A stretch of 64,000 nt of DNA. It comes from Hamiltosporidium tvaerminnensis FI-OER-3-3 (Eukaryota; Fungi; Microsporidia). Under the pieces are notes generated by a model that worked only from the letters and a program-made list of their open reading frames with translations, was not told the origin of the DNA and searched no databases. Made by a program: the position numbers and the translations under genes. The stretch lies in assembly GCA_022605425.2 (NCBI GenBank), contig CM061250.1:806001-870000 (forward strand), read 5' to 3'. Each line of letters starts with the position of its first letter. Positions within the stretch are counted from its first letter, which is position 1. Shown here piece by piece: positions 49,117 to 59,242 of the stretch.

Positions 49117-52100
49117 ATTTATTTAATAAAATTCTGGGTTAAAATATTTTTACCATTTTTATATGTTTTCTTCTACCTCTTTAACCACTACTGTCTATTC
49201 TTCCAACTCCGACTCTTCATTTATGTTATTGGTCGGTTCCTCTAAAGTGGTTCCTCCTTGTGAAATAAAGGGGGCTTTATATTTTGGTTTAAAATTTTTT
49301 GCATCATCTTCCTCTCTCTTCTCTCCTTTTAAAGGGGGTGTTGGTACCTCATGCATCTCTGCTCCTATAATAACACTTAATGACGCTCTCTCATAGCTCT
49401 CTTCGGCATTTGGTGCTGACTCAAGTCCTCTTAGTCGATCAAAGGAAATTGTTTCGACTGTTTCCTTAAGTACTATAGACTGAATGTATGCCTCTACATT
49501 CATGGGTATTTCTAATCTTTTAATATGAGATTTATGGTATTTTGTCACAATACCGTCCCAGGTCATCACATAAGGGATTATCTCAACACTACACCTATAA
49601 ATAAGACCTAACTCATTGGCTAGCAGGTCATACTTCCAGAGTTTTTCAGTTTCAACTATTTGAAGTTAATCTTGGGAAGTGATTCCTACTTCAATGAGTG
49701 TTATCTTATTCTTCTTCTTATCTAAAATAAATATGTCCGGTCTGTTATTCCGAATTTTAACATCAGTTATAATTCTGCTGTCCTCTCTTATATCTGCATA
49801 CTCATTATCAAAAATTTATTGAACTGAATGGCTCCTTATTCGTTTTGAAGACTTAAACTTATATCTATTTAGAAGAAGTAGGTGTAGGCATCTAACCACT
49901 TCATTATGCCGTCTGGTGTAGTCATGGCCTAGCATTTTTTCACATCTAGTTGCTAGATGATCCACAGTCTTACCAGACTTCCCGCAATGTTGACACACAC
50001 CATCTGCTCCCCAGAATACATTTCTATCCTGGATATAGGCGAACACAGCTTCATCGCGTGGCCTAATATTCCCTCTCTCAAGCCATCTTGAAAAGTCACT
50101 AACACTCACAAGCTCATTTTTCCTTGCATTATATAACTTTGAATGGAGTTTTCGTTTTTCTATTTCGTTATATAGTTTTGCAAGTTGAGCTTCTTCTAAA
50201 CTTTTCTTAGTGACTTCTCATACCAACCTGTACTTTAGTTTTAAGAAGCCTTTTATTAGTGCAAGATGGGTTTTATTATTATTTTCCATCTTGAGGATTG
50301 CTGCTCGTCTAGTTGATATGTCTTTACTCTTTTCAGAAAATCCAAGAGTTGCAGAAGCATATGTTCACTTCGCAACTCAACACTATGTAGGCCTCTTCCA
50401 AGTTCTGTTCTAGGAAGGTACAAACGCTCTTTACATCCTGGGCGAAGATGTATCTTATTTTTCACATACACCGCACGCACTGCATCATCTAACTTAGAGA
50501 AGTCAGCCGGTTCAAGTCGAAGTACTCCTATGTGATAGTTGATTAACGATATCGCATGTTGATTGATTGCAGAAAATAGATTTTTTGCATTTAATCTAGT
50601 CTGAAAATGCTTTCCACTCTTGATATAAGTTTGCTCTGTACTTCTTCAAATGAGCTACGTGTTGGGATTCCTCTGCTATCTTCTATTATTCCTAAATATT
50701 TGTAAACACTAACACCTTCTAGAAGAGTAGCAGTATCTTCACAACACGTATTATTTGTGGCTGACTTCTCTTTGTTAATCTCTAAGCCAATCACCTCTAA
50801 AAATTCCTTTGCCTCGTCTGTCATAGCACTCAATGTCGAACTGTCTTTAGTAAAGAGCTTTAGATCATCAATAAACAAGATATGATTAGTAGAATGGGAT
50901 TCTGCATCGTTTTGTACTGTCACTTTTGTGTATTTTTCATTAAGCTTTCGGCTTAATGGATCCATACACAACACAACTAAAAATGGTGACAAACTTCTCC
51001 TTGTAGAATCCCTCTATCAATCTTCTTGCTCATGATTTTTTCAGGCCCTACTGATATATCAATTTTCCATTTTGATATAATTACCTTGATAAATTTCAGG
51101 ATCTAATCAGGTAAATTAAGGTTTTCAATGCATTGAGTTAAATAAGCATGATCTATTGAATCATAAGCCTTTTTAACATCAATCCATGTTGCCTTAAGAT
51201 TATTTCCATACTCTTTATTTAAGGCAATATTCAGTAGAGCCTGCTCTTTCGCTCCCTGCACACCTCTTACCGCCCCTAATTGGTTCTCCGCAAGCAACCC
51301 TCGCCTTTCCACTTCAAGTTGAACGACTTTCGTTACACACTTAGTCGTTAACTTATAGAGGTTGGACATACAAGTGATTGGCCTGTAGTCAGAGCCTCTT
51401 TGTGGAATTCCTTTCGGTATCAAATAGGTAAGCCCGCAGTAAAACCAATCAGCTTGAGGTGTTCCTTCTAAACATATAACTTTCACAATATCATAAAGAT
51501 ATTTGTGAAGAGTTGTAAGTTTCTTAATGAAAAAATTGTAAATACCATCAATTCCAGCAGCTTTCCAATTAGGAAGCCAATTAATGATATTTACAAATTC
51601 ATCAAGTGAAGGAAACGTGGTCGGATGATTATCTGATACAAATGGAATCAAATAATCATCGTACGTGACCGTGTCATCATTTTTGTTCCACATTGTAGAC
51701 CAAAAACTCACAATTTCATCACGGCTAACCACATGCTCGGATTCCACACGCTCAGATAACCCACGATAAAATCGACCTCGGAAAAGCTCAAACATACGAT
51801 TCTCTTTTCGGAATTGCTTCCTACTTTCATGCATCGTAATTTTTTTCTCGTAAACATTCAAAGACTCATTCTTCTTAACTAAAGCCTCGGAAAGATCAGT
51901 TACACTGCTCAAGTTTAAAATAAACTCTCGCATGATTTTCTTAAGGCTCTTCGTTTCCGAAGTGGAGAGCTTTTCCTGCTTACGAGCCTTCTCGAGAAGA
52001 TCTTGGGAAAGTACTAGCTTAGAAATTTTTCTTTCTATTTTTTCCTTCCAAGCGGATCTAGGCTTCTCTTTACATGTGGCCTCGTCATAGCATACCTGCG

Positions 52101-52861
52101 CAGCTTGCATGATATACGCGGTTACCGTAATCGACTTAGGTACGCGAGCTTTGGCATGTTCACCGACTACTCGATTAATGAGATCCAGAACTTTACTATC
52201 AACCAATTCATTTGGATGTTTTCTAGTTCGGACCACCACTTTTCCAATTTCCTTCTCTAAGATTTGTTTGATTTTACTCAAAAATTTATCTCTCAGGTTT
52301 ATGTACTCCGTGGTGTCGGTCAAGGTGCATGTATCAGCGAGACAAGTGGCGATTCTACGTCGCTCTCCATTCTCTTCTGATTTTACTTCCTTTCCCATCT
52401 CACTTTGTGCCAATTTTTTTAACACTTCGAGAGTTTCAGTGCAGCCGAATTTCTCATTATAGTACCCGTGAAGCTCTGCCAGCTATTTCTTGGCATTTTT
52501 TCAAACCTTGTCTGTACTGCCTAAAAAAACAATTCGAGGCCACTCCTTTGGGTCGGCTGTCACCGAACCAAATATCGTCTGCAATGTCATTAGCCTGTTA
52601 CCTTCTTGAATAGCTAGAGTACAGGGGTTTGTCATGTCGTACGATGGCTCGCATGTAGAGATTTCAACCGAAGAGGGAAGTGGTGTATTAGGCGAAGGTA
52701 AGGTGTCAACCCACTATTTTACATGTTACTGCATGTTTGGCATTGTAGTGGATGTGTGATTGTTGTGTAAGAGGAGGAAGGTAGGGAATTCGCCGGTGTG
52801 TGGCTCACATTTTTGTATGCCACTCTCACTTTTATTTACCTAATCGGCGTCGTTTGCGGCC
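49117..52861 (-). mobile_element. Near-full-length non-LTR retrotransposon, single ORF RT + CCHC + restriction-like endonuclease (R4/Dong-like), inactivated
   Basis: WKAAGIDGI, YRPITC, WIDVKKAYDS, RGILQG, LFIDDLKL, YKYLGI, RLYLPR..GRGL, CQHC..DHLATRC, YTRRHNEV, NRPDI; several stops and frameshifts. The 5' boundary is approximate. Confidence 0.93.
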
Positions 52862-53049
52862 TTTATTTTATTATTTTTTTAATTTTTCGATGCTAACATT
52901 TTTCTTTCTACCTATATTAATATTCAATAGTATTATTGTATTTAATATTTATTGGTATTTCTCTTATATAATTTATATTGGTACTTTTCTTATTTCTCTA
53001 TTATCATAATTTCTCTTATATTATTATATTTCTTTTCCTACCCTCTACT

Positions 53050-53230
53050 AACAATCTAATATCAATTACCAATACTAATATCAATTACTAATACTAATAT
53101 CATTTACCAATACTAACAAACTAATATCAATTACCAATACTAATATCAATTTCTAACTAACCCTTACACTAGCAATTACTAATACTATAACCACTAACCC
53201 TTACACCTACAATTACTAATAACCCTTAAA
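53050..53230 (+). repeat. C/A-rich tandem repeats upstream of Sec24
   Basis: aatactaatatcaattac(c/t) units about five times, then taacccttacac twice and taacccttaa. Confidence 0.8.
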
Positions 53231-53269
53231 CCAGCAACTAAAAAAAATACCAAAAAATAATATAATTTT

Positions 53270-53281
53270 CACCCCTTAAAT
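53270..53281 (+). promoter_or_regulatory. Microsporidian CCC-type motif just upstream of the Sec24 ATG; also seen before Bdp1, Nse1, GPx, the histone-fold gene and 9550, with GGG before 25383
   Basis: caccccttaaatATG. CCC/GGG motifs close to start codons are an established microsporidian gene-start signal. Confidence 0.7.
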
Positions 53282-55597
53282 ATGACACACACATATTATC
53301 GTTCCTCACTAAAAAAAATACCAAAAAATAATATAATTATAAAGAAATCTAAATTACCTTTCATTATAAATATAACACTACAAGATTATAATAAAGAGAA
53401 TATTATTTATAGTGAAGAAGATATTATAAGATGTGAAAAGTGTAAGACATATATCAATCCTTATGTAGAAATTATACCACCAGGACATCAATGGAAGTGT
53501 AACATGTGTTTTAGTATTAACAAAGTAACACAGCCATTCTACCGTAGTGGTGATAGTATGGGTGGTGATGGTCTTTATAATACCACTAGTAGTCCTTATA
53601 TTAACAGTAGTAGTCCTTATACTACTAATACAAACACTAATACCAATACAAATACTAGTACTTTCAATCCCCTTGCTAATTACTCTAATAATAAACACTA
53701 TAACAGTTTAGAATTAACACATACAGTTATAGATGTATTAGCATCACCTAATTACATATTAAAATCACCTTCACCACCTATTTATATATTTATAATAGAA
53801 GCTAGTGTTATTTCTTTTAAGAATGGTATGATAGATGTTTTTATTAGAAGTGTTTTAGATAATTTAGAAAATGTTCCTAATGTCAATGGACGGGTTAAGT
53901 TTATGTTTATGTTTTATAATTCTAAGCTGTATATAATAAGAAGGGGTGAGGGTGAGGGTGAGGGTGAGGGGGGTGGTAGTAAGGATATAGGTATTAATAA
54001 AGGTAGTAATAACGAAGAATATACCAATAATCAAGAATATAATACCAAAAATACACCCTCTCTTACTGTTATTAGTGACTTTTCTGAGATGCCTTTGGTT
54101 ATGGAAAATGATTTTCTTTTTAGTTTTGAGGAAATAAAAAATATAAATTTTAATATTTTTAAAGAAATATTATTGTGTGATAATGAAGTGTTAAATGATT
54201 TAGGAGGAGTTTTAAAATTTGTAAATTTTTTTTTAGAAAAAAGTGGTGGGGGTGGTAGTGTATTGGTTGGTATGTGTAGTGTACCTAATATAGGATGTGG
54301 GTGTATAGATGTAAAAGATGAAAGTTTTTTATGCAAAAATACTTTTTATAAGGAAATTGCTAGTGAATTTAGTAGAAATTATATTTCGATTTCTTATTTT
54401 TTATTTCCTAATTTAAATATGGAAATTCCTAGTCTTTCTGTTCTAAGTAGGTATACAGGAGGAGTGATGCATTATTTTCCAAATTTTAGTTGTAAAGATG
54501 AGTTGCATAGTTGTAAGGTGTATGGTGATATGGGGAGGTTTTTGAGTATGGATGTGGGGTTTGAAGGTGTGTGTAGAGTAAGAATGCCTAAGGAGTGTGT
54601 GTTTAAGGAGTTTTATGGTAATTTCCATTTAAAGAAACCTGATCTTCTCTCTTTTTCTAATTTTTATGCGTGTCATAGTTTTTCTTTTGAAATAGAAATT
54701 TGTGGTGATTTAAATGTTAATGCGTTGTGTGTTCAGGTGGCTTGTTTAAGAACAGTGAATGAAATAAGAAAAATAAGAATTTTAAATTTTTGTATTCCGG
54801 TGGATTTAAAGAATTCAGTTGGTGATTTTTATAAAAATATTGATTTTTATGCGTTGGTACATGGGTATGTGTTGAAGGGCATAAATAATATTTTAAAAAA
54901 TAAAAATGAACCGTTTGAGTTTATAAATAAAACTGTTAAAGAAATTTATAAGGGGTATTTAAATAATACAGGGAAAAATATTGGAAATGGAAAATTACCA
55001 GAGGAATTGGAAGAAATACCTTTGTTGTTGTTATGTGCTTATAAGTCTGTGGCTTTAAGGACTTCTAATTATACACCGATGGATTATAAAGTGTTTTATT
55101 CTTATCTTTTTACTGTGGGGTATCCAAAATTTATAGATTTATTAATTTATCCGAATTTAATTGGATTGCATTTAATTTATGAAGAAATATATTTGAATGG
55201 AATGGATGTACCAGTAAATTATGATAAGTATAGGTGTAGGTTGAGTTTGGATTATTTAGAAATATCTGGGTTCTATTTGTTGGATACAGGAGTTAATATA
55301 TTCTTTTTTGTTGGAAGTGAATGTAATAATGAAATGACGGAAATGTTGTTTGATTTTGAACTTAAAAGTGGAAGAATAAATGTGGGAATTAAAGATAATA
55401 ATTTTAGTAAAATTGTATGTAAAATGTTGGGAATGTTTATTTGTGGTAGGTATTTGAGTCCTAATTATTTTTATGTGAGAGATACAGGAGAAAGTGATAT
55501 TTATAAGGATATTTTCTTTTCGTATTTTTTAGAAGATTCTGTTCATGGATTGCCGAGTTATAATGAGTTTATAAAGAATTTAAGGTTGGATGGATAA
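53282..55597 (+). CDS. SEC24: COPII coat subunit Sec24
   Basis: Zinc finger IIRCEKCKTYINPY..WKCNMC; trunk PPIYIFIIEAS; LSRYTGG; GFEGVCRVR; RKIRILN; LIYPNL; gelsolin-like GFYLLDTG; FLED...SYNEF. Confidence 0.96.
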   Translation: MTHTYYRSSLKKIPKNNIIIKKSKLPFIINITLQDYNKENIIYSEEDIIRCEKCKTYINPYVEIIPPGHQWKCNMCFSINKVTQPFYRSGDSMGGDGLYNTTSSPYINSSSPYTTNTNTNTNTNTSTFNPLANYSNNKHYNSLELTHTVIDVLASPNYILKSPSPPIYIFIIEASVISFKNGMIDVFIRSVLDNLENVPNVNGRVKFMFMFYNSKLYIIRRGEGEGEGEGGGSKDIGINKGSNNEEYTNNQEYNTKNTPSLTVISDFSEMPLVMENDFLFSFEEIKNINFNIFKEILLCDNEVLNDLGGVLKFVNFFLEKSGGGGSVLVGMCSVPNIGCGCIDVKDESFLCKNTFYKEIASEFSRNYISISYFLFPNLNMEIPSLSVLSRYTGGVMHYFPNFSCKDELHSCKVYGDMGRFLSMDVGFEGVCRVRMPKECVFKEFYGNFHLKKPDLLSFSNFYACHSFSFEIEICGDLNVNALCVQVACLRTVNEIRKIRILNFCIPVDLKNSVGDFYKNIDFYALVHGYVLKGINNILKNKNEPFEFINKTVKEIYKGYLNNTGKNIGNGKLPEELEEIPLLLLCAYKSVALRTSNYTPMDYKVFYSYLFTVGYPKFIDLLIYPNLIGLHLIYEEIYLNGMDVPVNYDKYRCRLSLDYLEISGFYLLDTGVNIFFFVGSECNNEMTEMLFDFELKSGRINVGIKDNNFSKIVCKMLGMFICGRYLSPNYFYVRDTGESDIYKDIFFSYFLEDSVHGLPSYNEFIKNLRLDG

Positions 55598-56025
55598 AAA
55601 TAAATTTTTATCTTTTAAAATTACTTTTTAATTTTAATTTTTTTTGGTTTTTATGTTAGGTGTGTGTTTTAATATTTTAGGTTCAAGGAGATGATGGATA
55701 ATAAATTTGTAGCTTTTAAAATTATATTTATTAGATTTAATAATTTAGATGAGTGTTTTAGACGATGATGGATGATAAATTTTATCTTTTAAAATTATAA
55801 TTTTATTTTAGATTTTTAATTTATAAGAGATTATATGTTTAAAGAAAGATTTCGGGTAAAAATAATGTGTTAGACATAGTTATCCTTTATCATTTAAATC
55901 TTTTTTTGAGGTTTTAATTGAGAAAAATTTATTATTTGTTGCTTTTTAATTTATGTGGTTGGTTTTGCTGTCAAATTAATTATATTGCAAAGAGTTAATA
56001 TTTTTTTATTTTTAAAGATATTTAA

Positions 56026-56743
56026 GTGATGGGTAAATACCCTCATTAAAAGCTAACTCTGCTTGGATATGAGCCTGCAAATTGATATATGAAATCATTG
56101 TTTGGATTTTTTGTGGGAATAAAAAACACTACATCTTCTGTTATTCTATGGGAGTTTATATGAAGAGAAATAAGGTTTACGATATGATGAAACGTTTTTT
56201 ACATGTATATTCAGTAGTTTTTTAGGTAACTAGATTGTAGACCGCTGCTGAACTCGTAGGTAATTGCCATGTAAAAGCATGAAAACCTAGTCTTGCTCAC
56301 TCGGTTTAGAAAACTTAGCGCCTGGGAATATAAAAACTAAAACTATTTAAAGCCGGAGGAGCTAAGTAGCAGATTATACCTGTTGGTATGACATTGCACT
56401 GTCTAGGTGGACCCCATGTAAATCTCTGAAATATATCTTAGCTAGAAGTTTATTGGGTTCGGAAAGTGTAGAGTAAGTCAGAACTCTGCATAGTTTCGGG
56501 AAAGCCCTGTGTGACTTTCGACCTAAAATCACTCATCATGCAACAGACATCTACGAACTGCTAGCAACAGCCTTGTATATAAATTACGTTCTACTTGCCT
56601 AGTATACGAAAGTCTTTAAAACGTATATATCGCAGAAGGTACTGATGGAGTGTTGGGGTAGCAGTTATTTATGTTAAAGCTGAACTGGTTTAATGTTATG
56701 AAAACAAATATAACAGTTGCCACTGTTTTGGGATGTGATATTT
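56026..56743 (+). mobile_element. ~730-bp SINE-like family, full-length copy
   Basis: Collinear with 40203-40930; long identical blocks (tatacctgttggtatgacattgcactgtctaggtg; gaaatatatcttagctagaagtttattgggttc). Confidence 0.92.
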
Positions 56744-56902
56744 ATTTTTAAACAAAAATTTTTTAATCTAAAAAATTTTAAAATTAAAGAATTCAGATGA
56801 TCTATTTTTTATTTTATCAAATATAAAGAGATAAAAAGATCTACAAAAAAATTAAATATATTATTAAGACCCATTCTATATATTTCTATTTGGCTGCAAA
56901 AT

Positions 56903-59242
56903 ATGAAAGCAAGGTTATTTTTATTTATACTCAGTGTAAATCTATATTTTATATTAGTAATTTGTAAAAAAATAATGTTTTTTTCAATTCAGAATACAGA
57001 TGATAGAATCGATTATATCGAAAGTGAAGAGGAAGAAGTTTTTGAATTTAAAATACAAAGTAAATACATTTTGGACACATTCACATCTGTATATCTTTTA
57101 AAAAACACATATTTGAAATGTATTATGAGAAACGGAAGTCGGAAATATTTTATTCCACAAATTTCTAAAATTTTTGATTCTGAAGATATAATTCTTAGCC
57201 TATCTATAATTGAGGATGAACAAAACGATTCCCCGACAAATAAATATTTTTTAGGTCAAATTTCGAATGATTTTCTACTTAGATTCACAAAATATGTAAC
57301 AAAAGAAGATTTTTTTGTAAATACGTTATCGTTTATTGATTTAATTAATTTTTTAAGAGTTTTGGAAATTTTGGGATTTCAAAGAACAAAAAATAATACT
57401 GACTTTCTAAAACATTTGTTGGTCAAAAGCCTTATAGATGAAAATTTTAATTTTAAAAGTTATAAGAAACTTTTGGATTCAACAGAACAGAATATGAACA
57501 TTTATAATTTGAATTTTGAGTATTTTTTTAGCGTATTTTTGCATTTTGTATTTATCAAGAAAACAAAAAACTATACATTTTTATTTTTTAAAAGTAATAA
57601 TTCAATGCATGATCACAAAATAATTTTATCTTACAAAGCTTATATTTGGTACCGGGAAAGATTTTATAATGAAAATGTTTTTATTCTTGAGTCTGAAACA
57701 ATTTTACAACTTGATAAGATTTTAAGTTTAAAATGGGCAATTGATTGTATTTTATTTTTTATTAGGAGCTGTAAAATTGATATGTTTTGGTTTGCAGTTA
57801 CAGAAAATCTACCATCTGAAAAAATATTTAACTTGATTAGTTCGATCAAACCTAAAAATATTAAAAAGCTTATTATAAAAGATGATTTAATGGGTAAAAA
57901 CACATTTAAATGTGTGTTAGCGAATGCATACTTTGATACCGCGTCACATGTGAAAATATCATGTAATCTAAATATTGAAGAAATACGTAATGTACTTGTA
58001 AACTCTAAAAATATAAAAAAATTGGAAATCGGGAGCGATGATGCCCATTCTGATATATTAGCTGAACTGAACAAATATGCTTTATCTCACAAAAATATTT
58101 ATTTGAAATATAAATGTTACACTTTTGTTATGGATTGTAACAGATATAGTTTTTTAAAAAATATGCCTGAAAATTTCATTTTTTACGTCCAAAAATTCCA
58201 TGATTCATTTTTACACTGCGATTTTTGTCATCTTCAGTCTTCTAAACTATTTAGAAAAATAATTACAAGATTAAATCGTGATACATCCTTAAAAGAATAC
58301 AAAAAAATGTTTTCAAATTGTTTAAATGTTAAAGAAGCTTATATTTCAACGGTAAATAACGAATTAATGGAATTTCGTCATCTTGAACTGATAAAATATA
58401 TTTTTCAAATACCGAACTTAGAAAGTATTTCTTTTGAAAATGTCATTTGTATCAAAATATTAATAAGATATATTCTCGAATCCAAAAAATTGATTTCGCT
58501 TAAATTTTATAATTCTTCTTTTCTTTCTGAGTCATTTGATAAGTGTAATATAAAAAATTTTACACTTAGAGGTATAACGATAAAAAAATCAAGATTTTGT
58601 TTAAATGGTGATTTCATAAAGTTTCTATCATCTTTTGAAAAACTTATATTTTTAAAAATCTATATTAAAGATATAGATTCGGGCTTTAAAAAATTAATAG
58701 TAGAATCGGCTTCTAATCATCCAAAAGAAAAATTTAATTCTAAGTTGGATTATTTGAAAATTACTTTAAATGAAAATATTGCTAAAGATTTGCCAATATT
58801 ATCTGTTTTTTCGTATTTTTTTGAGATTTCAAATTTGAAAGTTTTAATTTTACAAATAAATAAAATCGAAGAGCAAGATGCTTCCGTGATTTCAAATATG
58901 AAATATTTAAAAGAAATGCATTTGACTGTTTATCAAAATAAAAATAAAATTTTTCTACAAAGACTGACTAAAATATTAGAAAATAAAACAATAAAACTGA
59001 TAAAAATTGAAGTAAAATATTTAGATATAAATATATTTGAATATATTTGTGTTCTTGAAAATGTTGAGAACATTTTCATTTATTTCGAACAAATCGAAAC
59101 AGAAGAATTATATTCTATATATAAAATGAGATTAAACTATTCTTCTGGTATTACTTTAAACTGTAAAAATGATCAGCCGCTTTCTCCAGATGCCATTAAC
59201 TTTTGTAATGAATATAATATTGAATTTTCTGAAATTGATTAA
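56903..59242 (+). CDS. 779-aa putative secreted LRR-like protein with BTB-like N-terminal region
   Basis: Signal-like MKARLFLFILSVNLYFILVIC; LRR-like NIKKLII, NIKKLEI, PNLESISF, LISLKF, SNLKVLIL, LKEMHL; same length and layout as the 2309 gene. Confidence 0.85.
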   Translation: MKARLFLFILSVNLYFILVICKKIMFFSIQNTDDRIDYIESEEEEVFEFKIQSKYILDTFTSVYLLKNTYLKCIMRNGSRKYFIPQISKIFDSEDIILSLSIIEDEQNDSPTNKYFLGQISNDFLLRFTKYVTKEDFFVNTLSFIDLINFLRVLEILGFQRTKNNTDFLKHLLVKSLIDENFNFKSYKKLLDSTEQNMNIYNLNFEYFFSVFLHFVFIKKTKNYTFLFFKSNNSMHDHKIILSYKAYIWYRERFYNENVFILESETILQLDKILSLKWAIDCILFFIRSCKIDMFWFAVTENLPSEKIFNLISSIKPKNIKKLIIKDDLMGKNTFKCVLANAYFDTASHVKISCNLNIEEIRNVLVNSKNIKKLEIGSDDAHSDILAELNKYALSHKNIYLKYKCYTFVMDCNRYSFLKNMPENFIFYVQKFHDSFLHCDFCHLQSSKLFRKIITRLNRDTSLKEYKKMFSNCLNVKEAYISTVNNELMEFRHLELIKYIFQIPNLESISFENVICIKILIRYILESKKLISLKFYNSSFLSESFDKCNIKNFTLRGITIKKSRFCLNGDFIKFLSSFEKLIFLKIYIKDIDSGFKKLIVESASNHPKEKFNSKLDYLKITLNENIAKDLPILSVFSYFFEISNLKVLILQINKIEEQDASVISNMKYLKEMHLTVYQNKNKIFLQRLTKILENKTIKLIKIEVKYLDINIFEYICVLENVENIFIYFEQIETEELYSIYKMRLNYSSGITLNCKNDQPLSPDAINFCNEYNIEFSEID

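Noticed and set aside
52760-52861. HDV-like ribozyme at the LINE 5' end
   Set aside because: Only simple stems (cgccg/cggcg, gtggc/gccac) are visible; I could not build the nested double pseudoknot.
53157-53228. Telomeric repeat seed (taaccc)
   Set aside because: Three separated taaccctt units, not a tandem TTAGG(G) array.
53378-54628. Antisense ORFs over Sec24, and similar ones over UBA1, Bdp1, the LRR genes and the LINE
   Set aside because: Shadows of real coding strands caused by codon bias; no motifs or start signals.
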